A stretch of 64,000 bases of DNA from Chrysomallon squamiferum. Its lineage: Eukaryota > Animalia > Mollusca. Location: the NCBI GenBank assembly GCA_012295275.1, contig CM022667.1:20646001-20710000 (forward strand). The letters run 5' to 3'. Below are positions 36,407 through 48,994 of this stretch, in pieces. Within the stretch, counting starts at the first letter, position 1, and the number at the start of each line of letters is the position of its first letter. The translations under genes and the position numbers were made by a program. Below the pieces are notes generated by a model. The model searched no databases. It worked only from the letters and a program-made list of their open reading frames with translations, and was not told the origin of the DNA.

Positions 36407-39179
36407 TATTAATAACTACATATTTATAAAATAACGCCTATTAAGTTAGCTTTTGTCTATATTTTTGTTAATGCTTGTATTTCAGTATTTAAATTTAAAT
36501 ACTAATGAATTAATTTTAATTAAAATGAGATAAAGATAGTTCTAATCTATGGTTTCATCTCTGATTTCGCAGATGCCATATTCAGTAGGAGACTGCAGAA
36601 TATTACATTTCAAAACTCTAACAATAGAAATTAAAAACAAGGTTTTAGAATATCGAGTTTCACGGGGAAAAATAATGTTTTTACTTCAATGTAATTAGAT
36701 TCAAAATACGAGTGATAATAAAATTGACAGATTCACTAAAAAACGGTATCAGTCACGTGGTGTGAAAAATGTAAAAAAAAAAAAAAAATTAAAAAAACGA
36801 AGTAGAATATTATATTATATTATCTCAGTTGCTATTTTAATTTTTTGGTGGGCATAAAGACTAAGCAAATTTACTGAATATTTTTATTTTTAAATATTAT
36901 TTATTTATTTAGTTTTTACATTTTAGTAAAATTTGGTCGTATGTATTAATTTACTCTAGGTCGATGGTGTAGCATGTTGAAGATAATCGCTACAAATTAA
37001 ACGGGTCTGTTCACTCCGATTTGTTATCGTTGAAAACATTTCAGCCTGGAACACGTTGTAATCACGTAGAATAGAGATAATTCTCTTCTGATTTCGATTT
37101 GAGGCAAGTTCTAGTGCTTTTAAAATTCACCTGTAATATTAGCTTCATAAAAATATGTACCACTCAGACGTTTACCAACTCTTAAGTTAAAATTTATTAC
37201 TAAAAGTTGACAAATTTAATGTTATTTTTGAAAAAATTCTTCTCCTGTAATATATTCTATATTATTAATTTAATTTATCTTAATAAATTCAATAGTGTAC
37301 ACAGATCTAAGAATATGAATTGACAAACTGACGTAATACAGCTGATGTCATCTAGAATCGCTCTTTAGATCTGTAAGTAAATTATTTTAAAATATTGTTT
37401 TATAGCTTAGGTAGTAAATTCAAAATGTTTATAATAAAAAAATATATAAAAAAAAAAAAAAAAAAAAATAAAAAAGGTTTACAGAATACTGATGTGTATC
37501 AGACCATATTATTATGTTGTCTGTAGAAGTCAGAATTGTCGCTACCACATGTTCACGCTGTAATTGGTCACGTGGCTACCCATGTGTGGTGGGAACCGAG
37601 CAATCGCATGCACGTGCTAGCAGGACAGGCTGATTGGCAGTGCTGGGTGATAGTGGGTAGACAGTTATTATGTGCTAATATCACATCTTTTCCTGTCAGA
37701 ACTGATGTTTCCTTCACTCAGAAACAGAAACACACAGATGCGGTTAGTGGAAAAAACCGTCAACAGATCCCAGCGTAAATTATTAATTTATATTATTTAT
37801 TTATTTATTTTTTTCTTATTTATTTATTTATTTATTTATTTATTTTCTTATTTGTTTATTTATTTATTTTCTTATTCATTTATTTATTTATTTATTTTCT
37901 GAGTTATTTATTTATTTTTCATTTCTTTCCTTTTTTTTATATTAGTATCTTCAACTTATTGTTTGTCTCAAATATTCACTTACTTCACTCGACATTTGTT
38001 GTTAATACCACAGTCATTAATCTTTATGTTTTATAGACCACAGATCAAATAACGATGAACTCATCTGTATATTATTCGGTGAATTTTCTTTAAAAAGTTA
38101 AATAAATAAATACTGAAATTACCTGATACAGTAATAAATACTCTAAAAAAAATTAAAATATCACTTTACAAACAAAGGCTTTTTATAACACAATTTATTT
38201 TAGACGTATTTCAATAGAGATAATCATAAAAAATAAACAAAGAGGAGATCCAAAGTCCCTGAAGAGAAGGATAAAATATCTCAAATGTAACAGAAAATGC
38301 GATATAAAATGTTCTGTACAAAATGGATATTGACTGCATAACACATTTCTAAAGAGGTTGTTTATTATTTGTTTGTTTTCTTTAATTTATTTTCTTTTAT
38401 TTTTTATTTTTTTTTTTGACTGACTTCACATGCTTTATAATATTCTCCTTTTCATTTACGTCCATTTAAAATGATACTTTAAAAAAAAAAAAAAAAAAAA
38501 AATTATTTATGTTTATTATTAACAGAGATAAACTAAAATTGAGCAAAATACAACATTTAGACATTTTCGTCCGAAGAATAATATTGATCTGCTGCTAAAC
38601 AGTTTCCAGTTTGGCGATCACGAACTGGAACATTCGTATGTGAGATAAGCCGCCATAAAAGACGTGAAGTTACTTGTCGATTGCTCGACTCTGTGTGATG
38701 TCAGTTTGGTCAAATTGCACGCCCATGGCGTCTTTCGTCTCCTCAGTCTGCTAAAATCATGATAATAGCGCCAAAAAATGAGCTGGGTGTTGTTCAGCCT
38801 ACGATTACCTTCCAGACGTCACAATAATAAACTGTTTTACAGCGCCCCCTGTCAGACGCGTACAAGATTAGGATAAGATTACCCGTTTCGCGAAATGGCG
38901 TCGGCTTCGCCAGATTTGTTTGGTATTTTTCATAGCACGATAAAGACTGACATTGGTCCACTTATTTGAAACTGTTTCACTCTCGTGACGTTGTCCTGTG
39001 AAACAACCGCTTGGTGTGTGTGTGTTAAGTTCGCGAAATATTGTGTCTTATTTCTGACAGTAATTTATTTAATAAACGTTAGCGACAGAAAGATGCTGCA
39101 GTGATTCAGTGCATTATTAATTAATTTATCTATTTACAATGAGCGTCTTAGGTAGGTTAGTAATTGTTTTAGAAACAAC

Positions 39180-39385
39180 AGAGGTTATAAATGGTTACAT
39201 AAATCTTCATATTTTAAAATAATATTTAAAAAAAATTACACTGATTTATCAAATAATTTACTGAAAATCATTAATTTCCGAAAATCAAAAATCAAATGAT
39301 TTTCCATAAATTATTTGATAAATCAATGTAATTATTAAGATATTATTTTAAAAAATGAAGATTTATATAACTATTTATAACCTCT
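39180..39385. mobile_element. Foldback / MITE-like element, about 206 bp, with about 92-bp inverted arms
   Basis: 39180-39272 (agaggttataaatggttacataaatcttcat...gaaaatcatt) matches the reverse complement of 39295-39385 with few mismatches; 22-nt loop; no clear target-site duplication. Confidence 0.7.
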
Positions 39386-39458
39386 ATATATGTAATTATT
39401 TTACATTTATATATAGATCACAATTTCTGTAAAACACATTTTATTTATGTTTCATAAT

Positions 39459-39532
<74 letters not shown>

Positions 39533-40187
39533 GTAGTAGTAGTAGTAGTAGTAATAATGGTAATAGTAGAAGTACCATTATCAGTATTATGTAAGCAAAC
39601 ATGTATACATAATAATAATAATAATAATAATAACAATGCAACGCAAATGGAATGCATTTTTTCACAAACGAAACACGAAAGCTAACATTATTAAAAGTAA
39701 ACTGAATGTTCATTAAGATTATTTTTACAAAAATCAAACAAATTTTTTCATGAAATCTCACCGAGGTTTCCATCCAAAATTAGGCAGAAACGTAATATAG
39801 ATAACCTTTTGTTAATATTTTAAAACAAATAAATACAGTTATAAGTAAGTGATTTCAAAGAAAAGAAAATATTTTCATTGTTTGATATAAAATGAGTAAC
39901 CCAATCTGAGCTTACAGTGTGTGTGGTAACACTCTTAAAGAAAAAATATTTTTATTTTTATTTTATTACGTTATAACCAGTAGTGGACTTATATTTCTGT
40001 AACAGACATATATTCACACGATTAGTGACACTTACTGTTTTTGAATCTGCAGGATCACGTATTTCACTGTAAGATTTATAGGGCGATGATAACGATAATA
40101 GGGTGTGTCCTGTTCAACATGGGCGTCAGTTCTTAATTCATTATTTCTCCTCTGTGAGTAGTATGTATAGCAGTACATTTTAAAGTA

Positions 40188-40239
<52 letters not shown>

Positions 40240-41419
40240 GGAAGAAGAAACATCAGTTTAGTTACAAAGCACAGGAATCTAAAAAAAAAAAAAAAAAAAT
40301 TTGCAAAATTATCAAAATTAGAACAAAATAGTAGTAATAACAGCAGTAATAGGTAAATTAATAACAGTAGTAGCAGAAGTAGAAGCAGTTGTAGCAATAA
40401 TAATAATAGTAGTAGTAGAAATAGCAGTAATAATGATAAAATTAATATTAATGATCCCTTTATAAATCTTCGTTAAGTTATTATTGGTGGAAGTGAGTTG
40501 TAATGAATACACACAGCTTTGAGTGTAGAATGTGTCGGTAGAGCGCGCGAGTCTGGCTGTGACGTAATGTTGTTACAAGACAGTCTTGTGTGGTATATCT
40601 TGTTAATATCTCGTGGGCGCTACATCACCGTCTTTGAGACCTCATATCGGTTTCGCCTGTTAAAACTTGTTTATCGCGATATAAGACAGGTTCATATCAA
40701 TAAAAGCCCTTTGATTATATTAAATCAATTGTTTGTTTTTAGGCCCCGTCTGTCGGCGATATGTGTTGACTCGTTGTTGATGATAGTGGTAAACAAGTTT
40801 CTCTCATAGACTGCTTGGCGACTCGTCACTTTCCGTAATTGCCATCCATCACGTGACGCGAATGTTGTGATAGCGAGGCTAATTTTCTCAAACTGACAGT
40901 AATTGGCTGACAGCCAGGTGCAGCATGGCCACTCTATTTCATACTTAACTTGTTCCATCGTTAATTATAACGGTATCTGGCAAGCATTTAAAGTTTTATT
41001 GTTATTTAATATTCACTTACATTTTTCTTTTTCTTTTTTTCTTTCATTTTTTCTTTCTTTTTTTCTAAGTATGATACTTATTTGAGTTTGACGTTGCAAT
41101 GGAAAGAAAAATAAAATGAAAATAAACTTGTCTCAGAACATTTTTACAGAGTGAATAAATTGTTCAAAATGTAGCAAATTCAACTTATTTCAAAACACGT
41201 TCGACTTTAGAAATAATAAACAGCAAAACTGTTTTAACTCTTTTTTTTAAATTAAAAAACAGAAAATAAAGTAGTCAAATGTTAATAATACTGACTTGTC
41301 AGAATATATGAATAACATACATACAAAGATACATATATGCAATAAAAGCATTTTTGTTTGAAAAAGATTATCACGAAATAGACCATCCTGATGTCATGGT
41401 GATGATGATGATGATGATG

Positions 41420-41495
<76 letters not shown>

Positions 41496-42150
41496 TGAAG
41501 ATGATGACAAAGTAATAAATAACAATAATATTATGTTGCAGGGATTACACGTGACATAATAAAAAAAAAATAATAATAAAAAAAAAAACCTCCCCTGCTC
41601 TGAGGCTACACTTGAAATCTACATTCCGGCGATCACTGTTAACTTTGCCTGTTCCTGCCATCTTTATTAGTTGACAATAAATGTCCATGTTTAACAGTGC
41701 CTGCCTGCTTTTTTTTATTGGCGAACATTTCATTAGAGCCATCTTTGAAACGTTTTATGTTGACTGAAAGTATTAATCTTGAACAGTGGTGTTAAAGTGC
41801 TACGTTGTTAAACGGTGAGTTAGCGGGGAAATGTTTGCGCCACGCCAGAAGCGCGGTTCTGACTCGGATTTTACACTCTCTGTTTTAAACTAATTCCGCG
41901 GACCACCATGTGTGCTAAGGCGAAGTCGGCATCTGCGTTTTTAACTGTGATGTCTTCGCGTTACAAGATACAAATTCGCAGTCGTTAAGAAGAGACATTT
42001 ATGAGTGTTATAATATTCCGGCAGCAATATAATTTGAATTTTTTTTTTTAGAAAAGTTTAATTTAGAGCAAGAAACAGAAATACAAATGAATATAATATG
42101 AATTTTTTCGTTTTTAAATATACAGATATGTATGTCTGAGGGTCTATGTG

Positions 42151-42190
<40 letters not shown>

Positions 42191-42513
42191 ATTGCGTGTT
42201 TGTGAGGAGAGACAGTAAAGTAGAGTTATACTAAACGTCTGCATCTTCAAAGATTAATTAATTAATAATAAAAATAATAACAGTAATAAATAACTGAAAA
42301 AAAAAAAAAACATTATAATAAAATAAAATAAATAAAAAAAAAAAAAAAAAAAAAAAAAAGAATCGGTGAACTATAATAAAATAAACAGATAAATACCTAT
42401 TCACAATTCTGATACTAACGTTATTATTATTATTATTGTTATTATTATTATTATTATTATTATTTTTTTTTTTTTTTTATTTACAGTTTTTCTATTTTGA
42501 ATGAGGGATAACA

Positions 42514-42558
<45 letters not shown>

Positions 42559-42814
42559 TATATACATGTTCAAATATATACACACATATATGTTCATCCC
42601 TCTGTAACAAATACATTCAAATCAATATAGCATTTAAAAACGAGTGACTTTTAAAAAGTGCTTGTATCTAATGAAGACTGAAGTACATCTGTCATGGTAA
42701 TGATAGTGGAATCTCAATTCAACAAAGATTTACTACTAGTGTTGTAGAAAAAATCGTATAAATTATAAATAGACATTTCCTTGCGATGTTAATATAGAAG
42801 TAAGTGCCTGTATC

Positions 42815-42911
42815 ATCTTTACAGTGAGAGAACGTTTAAAACAAACAGTTGACATATTCAGATCTTTACAGTGAGAGAACGTTTAAAACAAACAGTTGAC
42901 ATATTCAGATC
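42815..42911. repeat. Perfect 47-bp tandem duplication (atctttacagtgagagaacgtttaaaacaaacagttgacatattcag)x2
   Basis: Copies start at 42815 and 42862. Confidence 0.92.
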
Positions 42912-45001
42912 GCTTTGTTGTTGAGAGAGTAAGACTCTCTGTGTAAAGTGTTTAGTATCCCGCAGGCAGACACGTTCTTTGATTCTTCCAACAATACTTA
43001 CGATGTTCTCCGAATCTGCTCCACTCTGTCAGAGATCACAGGAACGATCACTGAGAGTTGTGATCGTTTCACATTTACTGGTCACTGTAAAGTAACACGA
43101 CCCGACTAGAAGAACGTTTAGGCTTCCTAGTGATAAATACACGTCTCTTTAAACTATGTTTGAAATGTCAATGTGAATATCTTGTTTTTGTATATAATTA
43201 TGTATTCATATATATGTGTTTGTGTGTGTATGTGTGTGTTCGTGCGTGCGTGCATGTACGTGTTGTATGAGTGTGAAAAATGTTATCCAGAGAGTACTAG
43301 ACGCTAACTAACTCCAGTGTGTAATTTTCGCAAAGTTTCACTGGGTCGCCTGGGTATTTCGTCGAGTGACAGTTTTCTGTTTTCTGTCATTAAACAGTTG
43401 CACTGACTTGGCTCTCCGACTGATGGAATATGCAGACAATATCGGTGTTTAAATTAGACATCACAGCAAAGGTGTTAAAGTGGACAAGTTGGATTTATCC
43501 ACTAAGTTAACCCTATCGATAATGTCACGTCTGCTAGTAATGGGATCAGCCGTTCACCTCAACTGTCAATATTTGAAGACAACTTAAGTCTAATTTTCCG
43601 CACCCTTGAATAGCAATTCTACACTTGACAATCTTGCAATGGACTTGTCAAACAATTTGGGCGACTATCAGGGATTCACCCAAGACACATCAAGATTACA
43701 AGACAATTTGCTCTTCACCATCCAGCGAGAATTCCCCGGAGAGAAGATCACACAGGAACGTACAGCACGTCACACTGTAATGGAAACGTCAGTTTCTGGC
43801 ACTGGAACACGAATTCCGTTAATTGTCCATACCGAATAATCCTACTGGTGTGTTGATTTAAAACAAAAAGCTGTTACCAATCATACCTATACCAGTTGCT
43901 GTTTGTTTGCTCAGGGGGTGTCTTCACACAACGTCGAATCTAATTATTAGTATTATGATGTCTTTGATACAGTATATTGTTTTGACAAAGGATTAACACA
44001 GGAACCTAGATCACAAGAAAGTAAGGAGACTGAAGGACGTTCAGAGTTTGATACATCTCCACAGTCTGATGTAAGACTATGATGAGTAATTGATATCAGT
44101 TAACTTCCAGGTCTTTAAATTCAAGTTTTCCCACTAGTCACATGGCCACTTTTCATAAGGCAAACAGACATTAAATTCCGATGAAACTCTCGATATTTAT
44201 ATTTAAAGAGTAAATAAAAAGGTAAAAGATTTCTTATCAGATACGTTCAGACATGAAGAACCCTCTCCAGTCTCAGTGACATCACGACTAATGTTTATAT
44301 TCTTACACATCATGAACAGTTTATAGCAATAAACACAGAGAATTTTAAAAACCTGTAATTATTGTTCGTATTAGTGAAGGTATGTATATGTATATTATGA
44401 ACAACATCATTTTTCTTTATGATTTAATTAAATTTAAATACACTGTCTATATCAGCAAACAAATAAACAAATAAATAATAAGAATTAAAAAGTTTATTGT
44501 ATTTTATTATTCGTATTTGAAACACAGCCGGAGAAGACATTACTTTCTGTGAGATCCATACCGCTACCGCGTTTCCAGATTACAACGACAAAAAGGTGGA
44601 TTCATTTTCACCTTTTTATTTTACCTAATTCTGTCTGATTCGACATCATACAAATGAATTGTGTACTCGCTGACACAAGCTTTAGAATAATTATTAAAGG
44701 ATCCAGTCATAAACTAGACATATAACAGAGTGTATATATAATAGATAAATAATTGCTTATTATTAACTGTCTTGATTTTAAAGTCTGCAATACAAATGAG
44801 TTAAGTTTAATCCTGGACCTGCTATATAATATAATAAGTTGAGACTAGAAAAAAATATGTATGCTTTTCACATGCAGTGTTTCTGCATGTAAAGTGGAAC
44901 AATAAATATGAATTACATTGGAATATTCTATCAGACGTAAAAATGGTTTCCCGGACGCCTGAAGAAATTAACGATAAACCATTTTGTTGTATTTAACTTT
45001 A

Positions 45002-45066
45002 TTTGACAGCCAGGAGCCGATATATTTTTTTGTGCTGGGATGTCGTTAAACATTCATTCATTCATT
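45002..45066 (+). mobile_element. Probable 3' tail fragment of a SINE ending in gtcgttaaa(catt)n
   Basis: tttgacagccaggagccgatat...gtgctgggatgtcgttaaacattcattcattcatt resembles, from memory, the tail of gastropod SINEs; no head or target-site duplication seen. Confidence 0.4.
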
Positions 45067-47450
45067 TCAGATTAACGATAGCAGCCATTGAGGTTATGGT
45101 TTGTATGTAGACGGTGCAGTAATCCTGAACGACTTCGTAACACAGGGGCCAAGGACTACGAATCACGAGGAGGGATGACAACCCAACCCAGCCAAGATGA
45201 CAACACCTCATCCGATTATCTACGAGTTCACCGAACTGTTGAAGGCGAAACAAAGCTACACAGAAGTGATACTCCTTCAGAACTAAAAATGTATTTGACA
45301 AAACATGCTGTTTGTTTTATTTTACATATAAATTATTGCGTAACAACTAGTCTTTGTGGTGGTTTGGTTTCTTCTCTCAGAAAACTTCAGCGCATCGTTG
45401 TGATCAGATATCGGCGGGCTGCGAAGGGTCAGTGAAGACGTAATATGTTTTATCTGTACATCCTCCTTTGTGTGTCGCCGCCGCTTTTCACAATACGATA
45501 TAATATGTGAGTAACTACCGAAAACACGAACAGTAGTTTAAAACTATCATATTTCTACGCAAGTAAAGCGGTCTTACTTATTCGGATATTGCCTCCAAAC
45601 AGTCCAGTCAGAAAGTCAGGATTATTATTTTCCAAATTCATTACAGAATATTTCTATATTTTTCTGTAAACCAAAAAGGAACTCTTGGATACCGTGATTC
45701 GACAAATACATTATGAAACATTTCTTCTTTTTTCTTCTTTTTTTCTTCTTTTTTTCTTCTTTTCTTTTTTTTTAAAGAAAGAAACAAAGAAGCTGATTTT
45801 AAACATAATAATCAGATTCTCAACCTAGCAAGCATATTCGTAACTTATGAAGTTTTGATGATGATGATGATGATGGTTATTGTTATTATTGTTATCATTA
45901 TTATTAGTAATACTATTACTATTATTATTATTATTATCATTATTATTATTAATACTATGATTATTATTAATTTTGAGATAACCTATATAATAACGACACG
46001 ATGAATGGATTAATTATAAACGGCTGGTTCTGTAACAACATGCACATTCAAAGTTTGCGCACACCAAACAGCCTAGCGCTGTTCCGTCACGCACTGTGGA
46101 TGAACTTCGACACGCTAAGAACGCATAATCGGTATGACGATTGCTTCATAATTGTATACCTCTAGTCGACTCTTAGGCAAATCGTTATTACCAGGAAAAT
46201 AGGCGAAGCGACATAATAACAAGTAGGAGACAGGCGGAATTTGAATTTTCATTTGATTGCTATATCTTCTGTCAAAATTAAAAGGTTTTCAAGATAAATG
46301 TTATAATGACGACACATTTTCTAATACTGCGGACTAAATACAGTATGAGGCAGTTGTGTCGAGTCCCTGGGATCAAACAAAAATGCAAAAATTGTTGGCG
46401 GAAAACAACCTCTGTAAAATGATAAAGTGAAACAACTAGAAAATGGGAATGTTAAGATTAAGATTTGTTCATAGAGAAACAAAGATTGGTCTGTTAAAGT
46501 TTCATAAAGAACTACTGGAAAAGTTGGTGACGAGTTGCCAAAATCGTGTTGGCTTACCACGCTTGTACTGTATGCAATTAACATAAATATTTATACACTT
46601 CGAATTAGAACAAATAATCTCAGAAAAGCACAAGAAAAGTCTGTTATTCGCTCTTCAGATTATCTGATAGGTATTCCGCTAATAACAATAAAAACAGAGG
46701 CAACAAAACGTTCCTACTGGCCCTGTCATCGATAAGTCGTATCTAGGTTAGATCTCGTAAGATCACGCGAGATCACGCGTGCCACAAAACAGTTTGGGGC
46801 TGAAATGTGCGTGAACCATGGCTGGGAGTCGTCAGCACACATGCAATATGGAAAGACGATCAAGGAGGACAATTTACACCAAACACGGCGCAGAGCGAGG
46901 CACGCAATGTGAACATCAGAATACATACGATCCAGCGTTCTCAGCACAAAGAACAGTATCAGAGCGCGATCGCATTTTATAAATCACCTGATCCGTCCCG
47001 ACTTGTGAGCCGACCACCTGAAAGGGTGTGACAGGTGTGCTATTCAACTGTTATGTCACTATCACAATAACTTAATTAATTTATCACTGATTGTTACAAT
47101 ACCTGTTCACGTGTTTATTAGACCTATTTTCAAACTGCGATATGAGTTTATTTATCTTCATTTAAAATTGAATAGATAGTTATATATTTATTATAATTAA
47201 TATAGAGAAAACAGTTTTTAATAACCAAAATAATTAATTTGTGTTCATCGCTCTAATATATTAGATGCTAATTTAAATTAGTTTTTATGTGTTGTTTATA
47301 ATACCAAAACGTAGAGGTTTTTAATAAAGAAGTTTAGATTTTATTTTTTTTCAGTACGAGAGTATTATTTTTATCTTTCTTATGTAGAAGGTAATGTCCT
47401 TATCATTAAGTTCGTGACATTTAATTTTAAATTATGTTTGAATTTTTGTT

Positions 47451-47454
<4 letters not shown>

Positions 47455-47548
<94 letters not shown>
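47455..47548. repeat. (CA)n microsatellite
   Basis: Perfect dinucleotide run. Confidence 0.95.
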
Positions 47549-47549
<1 letters not shown>

Positions 47550-47865
47550 CCGCAGTTACAGAAACGTGTGTATTTCGTGACACAGAATAATGATGTTAAT
47601 CTGTTACGTTACATACGTTTATACTGAAACGAATTAATATTCGATGCAGTTATACACATGTTATTAGGATTAATTTTAGACTGAAGTACACAAAACTTTT
47701 TATACATGCTACGAGTGTATTTGAATTAAATTTAAAACGCTCGACACTTCACTAGTACGTGTTATAAATCTTATTAATTTATTTTAACGTGTTTCACATT
47801 GTTCTTGTTAGTTACCGAAAAAGAATTATTTATTTATTCATTCATTCATTCATTCATTCATTCAT

Positions 47866-47900
<35 letters not shown>

Positions 47901-48963
47901 TTATCTTTTTAGGTTGGTATGTTATATAGAAGTAATAAAATATAATTATTGGAGAAACTGAGGAAGAAAAAGAACACGATAACGTATTCATGAAAATTTA
48001 AACATTCTATCATTGTCAGCTATCTCTCGTTCTTTTCTTCTTTCTTTTTTTTTCTATCGTTTTCTTTTTCTTTTCTTTCTATTTTTTCTCTCTCTCTCTC
48101 TTTTTTTTTTTTTGTTGACTTGTGTGAGAAAGCACAATGGTTATGAAAGCCAAAATTATGTGTGAACATTTTTTACGTGTGTATTTCGTGACACAGAATA
48201 TGACACACGTGTTTTTTTCTGACACTGATAACAAAACGACGTCAGTGGAAAGCGTGACTTGAAGCCCGCTGGCTCTACCAGTCTCCTCCGCGGACTGATA
48301 CGGCAGACTGCAAATTAATGTGATCTTATGAGTTGAGATTGCAACAAATTTGCATACCATCTGAAAGACAATTACACCGAAAACCGTAATTCTAAATAAA
48401 TTACTGAAAACACATTGAAAAACCACAAAACCTCTCCGCAAAATTGAAACAGCATCTGCATGTAATCCGAAATTCATAATAACTATTTTATCTTAACGTT
48501 TCATCTCGTCGACAGAATTCAGCCGCGGCAAGTGCACCGATTCCGGCTCAAACAATTTGACGATACAGCCAGATAAATGTGATTAATTAGCGAGTTTCCT
48601 CCCTTACGAGACTCTTCACAAAGAGAAGGCGAATCTTGCCGATTTAGCGGTTCGGCTGGCTGGAAAATATCAATCCATGATTGTCGTTTAAATTAAACAC
48701 GAATTAAAAAAAAAAAAAAAAAAAAGAAACATGAAAGAAACACTCGGTGTAAATTCCGCAAAGAAACTCGACTAGATTTTAATTTTTGTAAAGATTTGGT
48801 ATTTATTTTATTTTATTTATTTATTTGTTTATTTATTTATTTGTCTGTTTGTTTGTTTGTTTGTTTGTATGGATTGATGGTTAGAGCATATATTTAAAAA
48901 GGTATTAACATAATTTCATTTGTTAAAATATGACTATAAATTTAGGTTTTGTTTTTGTATTTT

Positions 48964-48994
<31 letters not shown>

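Noticed and set aside
45062-45435. 115-aa and 79-aa ORFs after the SINE-like tail; also the 77-aa ORF at 43606
   Set aside because: Non-ATG starts or no recognisable motif, and no partner exons found.
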